DNA of 64,000 nt from an uncultured Candidatus Saccharibacteria bacterium (GCA_964605735.1 CAZSDS010000001.1:703157-767156); one strand, 5' to 3'; shown: positions 27,935 to 37,098, numbered from the stretch's first letter. The notes: generated by a model from the sequence alone, not told the origin. Program-made: numbers and translations.

Positions 27935-28886
27935 TTCGGGAGAATTTAAAAAAGCTTGGGTTTTAATAGAATCATCCCAGAAGATTTTCATGACAACTCA
28001 TGAACATACGGACGGCGATGACTTAGGCAGTCTTCTTGCCATGAAGATCGTGTTGGAGAAAATGGGTAAGGAGCTTTTTTGTATTGTTAACGGAGGTGTG
28101 CCGCATACTTTGAAATTCCTGCCAGGCAGCAGTGAGGTAACCGAGGAATTTCAGAACCGTGATTATGACTTAGTGATCACGTTTGGGTGCAACAGCATTG
28201 ACCGGCCTAATTATCCGGAACTTAAAAATCTGAAATCGAAAATATTGAACTTCGATCACCATCCGGATAACAAGATGTTTGGTCACGTGAACATGGTGGA
28301 TGTCAGCACTGCGGCGGTGGCAGAGTTGGTCTATTATTTTTTTAAATCGAATCCGGAAGTAATAATTGACAAAGACATTGCCACCTGTCTGCTTACTGGG
28401 ATATTTACCGATACGGGCGGCTTCAAGCATTCGAACACCTCAAGCAGGGTTTATGAAGTTGCCGCCGATTTGCTTAAGAAAGGCGCGCGAATCGACAAAA
28501 TTTCCCAGGAGACGTTTGGAAATAAACGTCCGCAAACTTTAAGAGCCTGGGCAAAGGCTTTGGAGAATGCCCGTTTTGACCCGGAAAAACAAATGGTATT
28601 TTCTGTCATGACTGAAGAGGATATGAGAGAGGTGCAGGCCGATGATGAAGATTTAACCGGGTTTGTGGAAGTGCTGAACCATATGCCGCAAGCCAAGTTT
28701 GCTCTGATGTTGAGACAGGATGGGGATGTGGTAAAAGGGAGCTTGCGTTCTGATCCGCACAAAAAAACTGATGTATCGGAAATCGCCAAGACTTTTGGGG
28801 GCGGGGGACACAAGTATGCTTCCGGGTTTAAGGTTAAAGGCAAACTCACGCGTGACGAAAAGGGTTGGAAAATAGTTCCAAGGTAG
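27918..28886 (+). CDS. nrnA: Bifunctional oligoribonuclease/PAP phosphatase (DHH/DHHA1)
   Basis: HEHTDGDDLGS, FDHH, TDTGGF, SLRS, GGGGHKYASG. Confidence 0.88.
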   Translation: MTMNNNSGEFKKAWVLIESSQKIFMTTHEHTDGDDLGSLLAMKIVLEKMGKELFCIVNGGVPHTLKFLPGSSEVTEEFQNRDYDLVITFGCNSIDRPNYPELKNLKSKILNFDHHPDNKMFGHVNMVDVSTAAVAELVYYFFKSNPEVIIDKDIATCLLTGIFTDTGGFKHSNTSSRVYEVAADLLKKGARIDKISQETFGNKRPQTLRAWAKALENARFDPEKQMVFSVMTEEDMREVQADDEDLTGFVEVLNHMPQAKFALMLRQDGDVVKGSLRSDPHKKTDVSEIAKTFGGGGHKYASGFKVKGKLTRDEKGWKIVPR

Positions 28887-29078
28887 TATCCACAAGACAG
28901 GCATTTACAATAGGTAAAATATTATAGCCATACTGACAAGTGAACAACATTTGGGCCAACCCCAAGACTTAAAACACCTGCAATCAGGCCGGTGTTTTAT
29001 ATTGTAAAATACAGTGTTTCCAAACTTGGTGATTTGCCTTGGTTTATGGTAAAATAAACAGGCATTCATAACATATAT

Positions 29079-31304
29079 ATGGGAAGAAAGAAACAAAAAG
29101 ACCATGATGATTACGGCTTTAGAAGGCCGCAGCTTAATTTGAAAAAAGACACACAGCGCGGAGTCGCTGTTATTGTTTTTATAGTCCTCGCCATCCTGTT
29201 TACCCTAAGCCTCGCCAATATTGCCGGACCTTTCGGTGAGATTTCCAACCGCGTAATGAAACTGGCTTTTGGCTGGATGGCTTATGGCGTGCCTTTAATT
29301 TTTCTGATGGTCGCGACAGCTTTGCTGAAACAAACAGATGAACCTGATGAAGAAAAATCCAAAACCATTTCAACCCATGCTTACGTGGGTGCGGTGTTTT
29401 TGACATTGTCCCTGACCGGCTTGTTGCATTTGATTGTCATTCGCGAAGACTATACGCAAGCTTTCCAAATGGTTAAAGATGGATTAGGCGGCGGTTACTT
29501 GGGATTGTTTACTGCATATCCTTTGATTCAGCTCATGGGGTTTATTGCCAGCCTGGTTGTTTTGCTTGCGGCAATTACCATTTCACTGATTGTCACTTTT
29601 AATGTTTCCATCACAGACTTGTTCAAGCGCAGGCAGAAACCGGAAGAGGCTAAGTTGGCGGTTAAACCCGCGGCGCCTCTGAAAATCAATAATGGCGCAG
29701 CCGGATTCACCAAGGAAGAAGTCGGAGAGATGAACTCAGCCGTGAAAAAGGAAAAGGAAAAACTTGAGCCTGTCGTTAACCAGCTCGGTGATCTTAAAGG
29801 CGGCACGCAAGCAGCTCCTAAGATGATGATGACAGACAAGAACTGGAAACTGCCATCACTTGATCTGCTGGAAGGCAGCAAGAATAAAGTTGATTCTGGA
29901 AATATTGAAGCAAATGTTTCGGTCATTCAAAAAACTCTTGCTGATTTTGGCATTGAGGTGGAAATGGGGGAGGTTAATGTTGGTCCGACTGTCACACAGT
30001 ATACCTTCCGTCCGGCTGTAGGCGTAAAGCTTTCACAAATTGCAGGTCTGCAAAATGATTTGGCTTTGGCTTTGGCGGCCAGCGCCATTCGTATGGAGCT
30101 TCCCATTCCGGGCAAGGCATTGGTTGGTTTGGAAATTCCAAACAACGCAAAAGCCACTGTCCGAATCAAGGAAATTTTGGGACACCAAACATTTACTGAA
30201 CACCAGTCAAAAGTTGCTTTTGCACTTGGCCGGGATGTGTCCGGTGCGCCAATTGTCACTGATTTGGCAAAGATGCCTCACTTGCTGGTAGCAGGTGCAA
30301 CCGGTTCCGGTAAATCCGTGGCCATCAACTCCATTTTGATGAGCTTCCTGTTCCGCTCTTCTCCGTCAGATGTAAAGATGATTTTGGTTGACCCTAAGCG
30401 CGTGGAACTTTCTTTATATAACGGGATTCCTCATTTGTTGACCGGCGTCATCACTGACCACCAGCAGGCGGTTAATGCTTTGCGCTGGACAGTGGGGGAG
30501 ATGGACCGTCGTTATAAATTGCTGCAGGAAGTGGGCAAGCGCAACATAGGAGAGTTTAATGATTCTTTGACAGATACTTCAGCAGTCCGCAAACTGCCGT
30601 ACTTGGTTTTGGTTATTGACGAATTGGCGGATTTGATGAGTGTTGCCCAAACTGAAGTGGAAGCAGCCATTGTTCGTTTGGCGCAAATGGCGCGCGCAGT
30701 GGGAATCCATTTGATAGTCGCTACCCAGCGCCCTTCCGTGGATGTCATTACTGGTTTGATCAAGGCAAACATCACAACCCGCATTGCGTTTGCAGTGGCT
30801 TCGCAGGTTGACTCCCGCACCATTTTGGACATGGCGGGCGCGGAAAAACTGCTTGGTGCCGGAGACATGTTGTATACCAGTTCTGATTTGCCTAAGCCTA
30901 AGCGTATTCAAGGGACTTATGTGAACGAAAAGGAAATCAAGAAAGTTACGGACTTTTTGAAGGAGCAGGCCGGGGACGTTATTTATGATCATAATGTGGT
31001 GGAACGGCCGCAACGAGACGTGACTATTCCTGGATTTGAAGGGGTTGGGCAGAGCGACAGCAATGAAGATGATTTGCTGTCTGAAGCAATAGAAACTGTC
31101 CAGGCTGCTGGCAAAGCTTCGGCGTCATTATTACAGAGACGATTGCGAGTTGGTTATGCTCGCGCGGCCAGGCTTTTGGATATTTTGGAAGAGAAGGGAA
31201 TTGTTGGTCCGGCAGATGGTGCCAAGCCTCGCGAAGTTTATGGTGCGACTGGCGGCGATGATGCGGCAGAAGAGGGTTATGGAAGTGATGAAGGAAACGC
31301 TTAA
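29079..31304 (+). CDS. ftsK: DNA translocase FtsK
   Basis: N-terminal TMs, PHLLVAGATGSGKS, IDELADLM, ATQRPS, gamma domain SLLQRRLRVGYARAAR. Confidence 0.96.
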   Translation: MGRKKQKDHDDYGFRRPQLNLKKDTQRGVAVIVFIVLAILFTLSLANIAGPFGEISNRVMKLAFGWMAYGVPLIFLMVATALLKQTDEPDEEKSKTISTHAYVGAVFLTLSLTGLLHLIVIREDYTQAFQMVKDGLGGGYLGLFTAYPLIQLMGFIASLVVLLAAITISLIVTFNVSITDLFKRRQKPEEAKLAVKPAAPLKINNGAAGFTKEEVGEMNSAVKKEKEKLEPVVNQLGDLKGGTQAAPKMMMTDKNWKLPSLDLLEGSKNKVDSGNIEANVSVIQKTLADFGIEVEMGEVNVGPTVTQYTFRPAVGVKLSQIAGLQNDLALALAASAIRMELPIPGKALVGLEIPNNAKATVRIKEILGHQTFTEHQSKVAFALGRDVSGAPIVTDLAKMPHLLVAGATGSGKSVAINSILMSFLFRSSPSDVKMILVDPKRVELSLYNGIPHLLTGVITDHQQAVNALRWTVGEMDRRYKLLQEVGKRNIGEFNDSLTDTSAVRKLPYLVLVIDELADLMSVAQTEVEAAIVRLAQMARAVGIHLIVATQRPSVDVITGLIKANITTRIAFAVASQVDSRTILDMAGAEKLLGAGDMLYTSSDLPKPKRIQGTYVNEKEIKKVTDFLKEQAGDVIYDHNVVERPQRDVTIPGFEGVGQSDSNEDDLLSEAIETVQAAGKASASLLQRRLRVGYARAARLLDILEEKGIVGPADGAKPREVYGATGGDDAAEEGYGSDEGNA

Positions 31305-31325
31305 GCAGTAAAAAATCCAATTATC

Positions 31326-31467
31326 CTTCGAACGTAGTGAGAAGTTAATAGTAACCCATAGTTCTCGCGGAGGCTCGAACAATAATATTTAAACTCTGGC
31401 ATTTACATCTTCGAGCGAATTAGCGAGAAGTTAAGCATCCTTATTTTTAGTTCTCGCGAAGCTCGAA
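31326..31467. repeat. Two tandem REP-like imperfect palindromes
   Basis: cttcgaRcg..gagaag-spacer-ttctcgcg..gctcgaa at 31326-31379 and 31409-31467. Confidence 0.75.
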
Positions 31468-31505
31468 TAACAAACATTTCATTCTTGAACAATAAGATTT
31501 CTAAC

Positions 31506-32453
31506 ATGTCACAAGATCAGCCATTATTCAAAACAAAGGAAGTCAGGATTGATACTCTCGGCGAATATCTCAAGCAAATTCGCGAACAGCTGAACTTCGA
31601 CATAAAAACCGCGAGCATTCTGACACAGATCAAACCGAAGTATTTGGAAAGCCTGGAGGCCGGAGATTATGACAGCCTCCCCTCAGACGTATACATCCGC
31701 GGTTTCATAAAAAGCCTGGCGCGGGTATACAACCTTGAAGAAAAAGTTTTGATCGAACAGTACGAAAAAGAACACGGGTTTACCCCAAAAGCCCGCCCAA
31801 CCACAAACATACAAACAAAAAAGCAATTCAATTTTACGCCCAAGACAATCATTGTCTTGGTCAGTTTGTTATTAGGGGTGCTTGCGGTTGGGTATGTGGC
31901 CAGCCAGATCAGGTCTGTTCTGGCGCCACCGTTACTGGAGCTGGAAGAACCGGGAGAAGATATTACTATTCAGGGCAATACCTTGGTTATTTCAGGGCGC
32001 GCAGAAGTTGGCGCAGATGTTACCATCAATGAACAAATTGTGTTGCTTGACCGGAACGGCCAGTTTACGGAAAGTCTGATTCTGAGCCCTGGATTAAATG
32101 TCATTGAAGTCAAGGCAAGAAATAGGTTTGAAAAAGAAAGTGTTGTTAGTAGGCGGGTAAATGCAGAGCTGCCGCAGAATGTGGTAGTTGCCCCAACCGC
32201 GCCTGTCACAGTAACTATTGAGGTGGGTCCAGAAAGTGCTTGGATTTATCTGGAAGCGGATGGGGTGGTGGTGCAGCGCGGAACAATGTTGCCAAATTCT
32301 ACAAAGACGGTGACGGCATCAAATGATGTTTTGCTCACTTCCGCCAATGCTGGCTCAACAAAGGTGATTTACAATGGCAAAGATTTGGGGGTAATGGGAC
32401 GATTAGGTGAAGTAATTAGGAATGTGGAATTTACGGCAACGCCGTTGCAGTAA
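31506..32453 (+). CDS. RodZ-like protein (HTH, TM, Ig-like, DUF4115-like C-terminus)
   Basis: LGEYLKQIRE..YLESLE.G....LP..VYIRGF, single TM, NAG....YNG. Confidence 0.8.
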   Translation: MSQDQPLFKTKEVRIDTLGEYLKQIREQLNFDIKTASILTQIKPKYLESLEAGDYDSLPSDVYIRGFIKSLARVYNLEEKVLIEQYEKEHGFTPKARPTTNIQTKKQFNFTPKTIIVLVSLLLGVLAVGYVASQIRSVLAPPLLELEEPGEDITIQGNTLVISGRAEVGADVTINEQIVLLDRNGQFTESLILSPGLNVIEVKARNRFEKESVVSRRVNAELPQNVVVAPTAPVTVTIEVGPESAWIYLEADGVVVQRGTMLPNSTKTVTASNDVLLTSANAGSTKVIYNGKDLGVMGRLGEVIRNVEFTATPLQ

Positions 32454-32538
32454 ACAGTTATCATTTTACGTCGGTTATTGCCGGCGTTTTTTATTTCAGG
32501 ATACTGTGTTATAGTTCTGAAAAGACAAGGAGGTTTTC

Positions 32539-32745
32539 ATGTTCCCGATTGGAGTATTGTCGATTGACATCCGTCGCTATGTAGAGCGTGGCAAACGGGT
32601 CACCATTGAAGAGCTTGCCGACGTTCTCAAAAGGCCAATGGACGAAGTCCGCTCAGAGATAGAAGTCTTGAGCGAGAAAGACGAAATCAGATTCTACGAT
32701 GGCTGGGTCTATCCAAACTTCAGTCCATCTGCCTTCGAAAAGTGA
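32539..32745 (+). CDS. Small hypothetical protein, possible winged HTH
   Basis: AGGAGG RBS and a VTIEELADVLKR..EVRSEIEVL pattern. Confidence 0.6.
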   Translation: MFPIGVLSIDIRRYVERGKRVTIEELADVLKRPMDEVRSEIEVLSEKDEIRFYDGWVYPNFSPSAFEK

Positions 32746-32835
32746 GCAATCTGAGAACAATGAACCGTGATGGTTCTTATCAACAACCCACCTCTTGACC
32801 AGGGGTGTTTTTATTTTCTAATATTTAGTCTTTCG

Positions 32836-32849
32836 CAAACACTTGTTTG
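32836..32849. promoter_or_regulatory. Putative LexA operator upstream of recA
   Basis: CAAAC-ACTT-GTTTG palindrome adjacent to the recA promoter, with the same geometry as the site upstream of lexA. Confidence 0.55.
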
Positions 32850-32951
32850 AAAAACTTGCCCGGATTAAAATACCGGCTTATACTTAATCTACTTTAACCA
32901 AGGATTCGGGGGCGATGGCGGAAAGGCTCCAGAATCCAGACAGGAAACAGA

Positions 32952-33983
32952 ATGGCAAAAAAAGAACGTGAAGAAAAAACAACTGGCGGCGGTTTAGAAA
33001 ATGCTCTCGCCTCAATCAGAGACAAATTCGGAGAGGGTTCAATCATGACTTTGCAGAAAGCAACCACCATGCACGTGGAGACAATTCCAACCGGATCAAT
33101 CTCACTTGACCTAGCACTCGGTGCCGGCGGAATTCCCAAGGGACGCATCATAGAAATTTTCGGACCTGAAGCATCCGGCAAAACCACCCTTGCCATGCAC
33201 ATCATGGCTGAGGTCCAGAAGCGCGGAGGAGTTGCTGCGTTCGTAGACGCTGAGCATGCTCTTGACCCTGACCGGGCAAAAGCTGTTGGAGTTAAGATCG
33301 ATAAACTTTTGATTTCACAACCGGACAGCGGCGAGCAAGCTCTGGACATTGTTGAGACCCTGGTCAGATCAAACTCAGTCGATGTGATTGTGGTGGACTC
33401 GGTGGCCGCGCTTACACCAAGAGCGGAGCTGGAAGGGGAAATGGGCGACTCACACATGGGCTTGCACGCAAGGCTCATGAGCCAGGCTCTCAGAAAACTT
33501 ACAGCGATCATTTCCAAATCCCGTTCCACAGTCATCTTCATCAACCAGATCAGAATGAAGATCGGAGTCATGTTCGGCAACCCGGAGACGACCACCGGCG
33601 GACAAGCACTCAAGTTCTACTCCTCAGTCCGGATTGAAGTCAGACGGCTTGCCCAGATCAAATCCGGAGAAACCATTGTGGGTAACCGGGTCAAAGCCAA
33701 GATTGTTAAGAACAAAGTTGCCGCTCCATTCAAAGTCGCGGAGTTTGATATCATGTTCAGCGAAGGCGGAATTTCTTACGCCGGCGACTTGCTTGACACC
33801 GGCATTGCCTGTGGTGTTGTCACCAAATCAGGGAATACCCATTCCTTTAAGGACGTGAAACTTGGGGTTGGTCGGGAAAACGCCAAAACATTCCTGCGAG
33901 AAAACCCAAAGATTACATCCGAGATTGAGAAAAATATCCGTGCAAAGTCTAAGGAAATTGATTTATCGGATTCAAAAGAGTAA
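32952..33983 (+). CDS. recA: Recombinase RecA
   Basis: [42 protein letters not shown]. Confidence 0.98.
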   Translation: MAKKEREEKTTGGGLENALASIRDKFGEGSIMTLQKATTMHVETIPTGSISLDLALGAGGIPKGRIIEIFGPEASGKTTLAMHIMAEVQKRGGVAAFVDAEHALDPDRAKAVGVKIDKLLISQPDSGEQALDIVETLVRSNSVDVIVVDSVAALTPRAELEGEMGDSHMGLHARLMSQALRKLTAIISKSRSTVIFINQIRMKIGVMFGNPETTTGGQALKFYSSVRIEVRRLAQIKSGETIVGNRVKAKIVKNKVAAPFKVAEFDIMFSEGGISYAGDLLDTGIACGVVTKSGNTHSFKDVKLGVGRENAKTFLRENPKITSEIEKNIRAKSKEIDLSDSKE

Positions 33984-34155
33984 AAAACACACGGCTCAAG
34001 TCAAGTTAAGGCAAATTTATGAAACCAGACCAAAGGTAAACAGCCAGGGTCTGGTTTTGGATTTGTGAAACATCTGGGATCGCCGTTAAATAAATTGACT
34101 AAAAATTCGTTCCAAAACTTACCTTGACTTTGGGTGCTCATTTAAGTTGTAAACG

Positions 34156-34184
34156 TTGACAATCGACCAAATTTTTGCTATACT
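34156..34184 (+). promoter_or_regulatory. Strong sigma70 promoter driving an ORF-less unit
   Basis: TTGACA-17bp-TATACT with extended -10 TG. Confidence 0.8.
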
Positions 34185-34190
34185 TAGTAC

Positions 34191-34695
34191 ATAGTTAAGT
34201 GAAGTACATTAAAAAATACGAAACAAAAGTTAGCGGAGAAAGCCGAGAGCTCAAAAAAATTGAACTTCTGGCGTTCTCCACTATTCGTCATAGCCGTCTA
34301 GCCCGGCTGATTGAAAAACAAAAATAAAAAACAAAAAAATTGCTCTTTTGGTCGCACAAAAAGTTCGCACAAAACAAAAATAAAAAGAGACACGTTTGAG
34401 GTCCACAAGACCATAAGAACAGTGGGAACGTTCGCTCTTATAAAGAGGCTAGCAATATAAGGAAACACCTTCACAAGACGATGCGTGCCATTGCCCTGGA
34501 CTTGAGTCCGCTAACCATTAGCGGCATAGCGGATTGGGGTCCAAGGCGATGACAGGCTCCTATGAAGGCCCTCATAGTGAGAGGACCTTGTCCTCGCTAA
34601 TTATTTATTTTATATTAGGCGGTACGCTCAAGTTCCTCTCCTATATCCATTTCTCACTATGAAAAAATGACTACAACGCGCAAGGCGTTTTTTTT
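34191..34695 (+). ncRNA. Candidate ~500-nt structured non-coding RNA of unknown class
   Basis: Promoter upstream, terminator aacgc-gcaag-gcgtt plus T-run at the end, no ORF of 60 aa or more, several long helices. Confidence 0.6.
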
Positions 34696-34779
34696 GTACC
34701 GAAATTTTTTGCTGTACATTTCTGCAGTTGTCTCAAGAGCAAGAGTCTGGTATATTAGAAACACTTAAACGAGAACAAT

Positions 34780-35136
34780 ATGAACGAAAAATTACTACAG
34801 GAAAATAAAGCTAAGCTTGAATCAGAACGAGACAGGTTGCGCGGTGTCCTTGGACGTGAAAATATTCATGATGGTCCAGGCGCGTTCCCGGGAGAATACA
34901 AGCCAAAGTTTGATGAGGTTGGAAGGCAGGATGATGAGAACGCTTCTGAAGTCGAGAACTACGCAAATGCTCTGGGTGAAACAAATGTCCTTGAAGGACG
35001 GCTCCAGAAAATTGAAGCCGCTTTGCAAAGAATCGCGGACGGCACTTACGGCAAATGCAAGGAAGGTGATGATATAGAAGAAGAAAGGTTGCGTGCCGTA
35101 CCTGAAGCTGATACCTGCATGAAGCACTCAGTATAA
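34780..35136 (+). CDS. TraR/DksA family protein
   Basis: L.KIEAALQRIADGTYGKC..IEEERLRAVPEA.TC. Confidence 0.85.
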   Translation: MNEKLLQENKAKLESERDRLRGVLGRENIHDGPGAFPGEYKPKFDEVGRQDDENASEVENYANALGETNVLEGRLQKIEAALQRIADGTYGKCKEGDDIEEERLRAVPEADTCMKHSV

Positions 35137-35142
35137 TTAGTC

Positions 35143-35580
35143 ATGCACAGGCTGTTTATAGTTTTTGTTTTGATTGATCAAATCACGAAGATGCTGCTCG
35201 CATCCCGTGATTTTTTTATTCTTGGTTTGCACCTCCACCCGATGAAAAATTTTGGCTTGCCTTTTGGTTTGGACTTTGGAGGGGTTTGGAATTTTATTTT
35301 GCTTTGCGTGGTCTATGCTGTTGCGTTGTGGTACATAAAGCACCTGCCAAGCAAATCCATTTGGATGTATGCAGGCAAATCCATGTTTTTGGCAGGAGCT
35401 GCTTCAAACTTAATTGACCGGATTTTTTTCGGTTACGTCAGAGATTTTATAGACATCAGTTTGGGTTTTGTTTTTAATTTGGCTGATCTGTTTATTGTTG
35501 TTGGATTGGCAATTATACTTTTGCTTCCACCGGACAAGACAAGAACAGTGGAAAATTCACACCCAATTAGCAAAACCTAA
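35143..35580 (+). CDS. lspA: Signal peptidase II
   Basis: DQITK, N.G..FG, GAASNLIDR, VRDF, FNLAD. Confidence 0.88.
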   Translation: MHRLFIVFVLIDQITKMLLASRDFFILGLHLHPMKNFGLPFGLDFGGVWNFILLCVVYAVALWYIKHLPSKSIWMYAGKSMFLAGAASNLIDRIFFGYVRDFIDISLGFVFNLADLFIVVGLAIILLLPPDKTRTVENSHPISKT

Positions 35581-35687
35581 CAAAAATATCCGCAAGCAGA
35601 AAGGTATTTACTCCGAATTGTCTGATGACTTAAATTTCTGCTTGCGGTATAAATAGAGGAGATCAACGTAAGAAGGGAGGTGGTTAC

Positions 35688-35816
35688 ATGGCTAGGAACA
35701 ATAATAAGGGTCGAGGATGGTTTGGGGACTCAGCCAGACACGCCGCTGCCGGAAGACTTGGTGGCAGAGCGCGCGGCAGAAAGCGCAAGAACAGTTCAGA
35801 AAGTGAAAACGAGTAG
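35688..35816 (+). CDS. Small KGG-motif stress-protein-like peptide (42 aa, not in ORF track)
   Basis: GGGAGGTG RBS. MARNNNKGRGWFGDSARHAAAGRLGGRARGRKRKNSSESENE. Confidence 0.65.
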   Translation: MARNNNKGRGWFGDSARHAAAGRLGGRARGRKRKNSSESENE

Positions 35817-35976
35817 CTGTTAGGCCGGCCCAATTAACAGACCAGGGTGGCGAACCCCTCTGTTTCTTGGGGTTTATACGGATATCTTCAACAATGAAGC
35901 AGAACATGAAGAATTAAAAGGCAGATTGAATAATGTCTGCTTTTTCGTTATTATATATGGGCTTTCCCAGTAAATA

Positions 35977-36166
35977 GGGCCTGTAACTCAGTTGGTTAGA
36001 GCATGTGTCTTACCCGCCTGCCTCAATATATTTCAATTAATTCTTGGGCATGTAGCTCAGCGGTAGAGCGAATGTCTTATACACATTTGGTCCCAGGTTC
36101 GAATCCTGGCATGCCCACCAAGAAAACAATTTCCAGACATGGGCGGGCAGGTACACACAGGTGTCG
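35977..36166 (+). pseudogene. Interrupted tRNA-Ile(TAT)-like gene (outer copy)
   Basis: GGGCCTG-TA-ACTC-AGTTGGTTA-GAGC-A-TGTGT-CTTA | insert | TAC-ACACA-GGTGTC. No T-arm or acceptor 3' strand follows. Confidence 0.7.
36046..36120 (+). tRNA. tRNA-Ile(TAT)
   Basis: Perfect cloverleaf, anticodon arm AATGT-CTTATAC-ACATT, A73, CCA. Confidence 0.93.
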
Positions 36167-36307
36167 ACTATTGAGAACACATCATTTCAAGTGATCCGAT
36201 AAATAGTCGTAAAAATTAAAGGGTAAAGAAAGTACCACTCATTTTTGTGCAGCAATATCTTTTACCGTCTTCACCCTCTTAATTGAAAAAAATATTTTTA
36301 AATAAAA

Positions 36308-37069
36308 ATGAAGCGAAACCTATTTTCAATTCTAACCCCCACTTACAACCGCGCTGAGAAATTTTTGCCACAGACCATAAAATCAGTGCAAAGGCAAAAA
36401 GAAAAAGGTTTTGAGCATGAGCATATTATTGTAGACAATGCTTCCAGCGACGACACAGCAAAGGTGGTGCGCGAGTTCGCCAAAAAAGACAAGCGCATTA
36501 AATACATTCGCAACCCAAAGAACGCTGGACCAGGTCCGGCTTTAAATTTGGCTTTTAAAAAATCCAAGGGCGAGTTTATAGTACCTTTGGATGATGATGA
36601 CCTTTTGCCGCACCACAGCCTGCAAATGCGTTTTGACTACATGAAAGGGATGCCGGAAATTGATTGGAGTTTTGGATATTGCCTGCATGTGGACCAGGAC
36701 AGAAAGTACGTGGGGGAGTGGGATTCGCCGGCACCCACCGACAACAAAACTTTTTTAAAAAAGAATTTAGTGAACAATTTGATTATCAATGGCACAGTAA
36801 CCATGCGCCGCAAGTGCATAGAAACTGTTAAAGGTTGGGATAAGAATGTTGATGCTGGGCAGGATTGGGCCATGTGGTGTTCACTGCTGTATTATGGACT
36901 CAAGCCGGGATTGATCAAATCCTACCTTTCAATTTACAGATTTCATCCAGGTCAGCGCAGTCATATAAATCTGAAAGAAGGCCGCTGGAACAAAACTAAG
37001 GCGTACATGCTCAAAAAGTTTAAAATAAAACATTCGGAAAAATCTTGGTTTGTGGATAAGGCTGGATAA
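36308..37069 (+). CDS. Glycosyltransferase family 2
   Basis: SILTPTYNRA, IVDNASSD, PLDDDD, QDW. Confidence 0.9.
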   Translation: MKRNLFSILTPTYNRAEKFLPQTIKSVQRQKEKGFEHEHIIVDNASSDDTAKVVREFAKKDKRIKYIRNPKNAGPGPALNLAFKKSKGEFIVPLDDDDLLPHHSLQMRFDYMKGMPEIDWSFGYCLHVDQDRKYVGEWDSPAPTDNKTFLKKNLVNNLIINGTVTMRRKCIETVKGWDKNVDAGQDWAMWCSLLYYGLKPGLIKSYLSIYRFHPGQRSHINLKEGRWNKTKAYMLKKFKIKHSEKSWFVDKAG

Positions 37070-37098
37070 GCCTTATTTTATTTAAGAAATTGCAGCTC

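Noticed and set aside
32894-33613. Long antisense ORFs opposite recA (also opposite ftsH, ftsK, infB and the GC-rich block)
   Set aside because: Shadow frames of conserved genes, with no RBS or family motifs.
34191-34695. RNase P RNA, tmRNA, T-box or group II intron
   Set aside because: I could not find their universally conserved motifs on either strand by eye. It is kept as an unknown ncRNA pending cmscan.
35977-36166. Outer tRNA as tRNA-Val(TAC) with a TA target duplication
   Set aside because: Removing one TA gives a G:G mismatch in the anticodon stem, whereas keeping both gives a perfect stem and a 7-nt loop. Disfavoured but not fully excluded.
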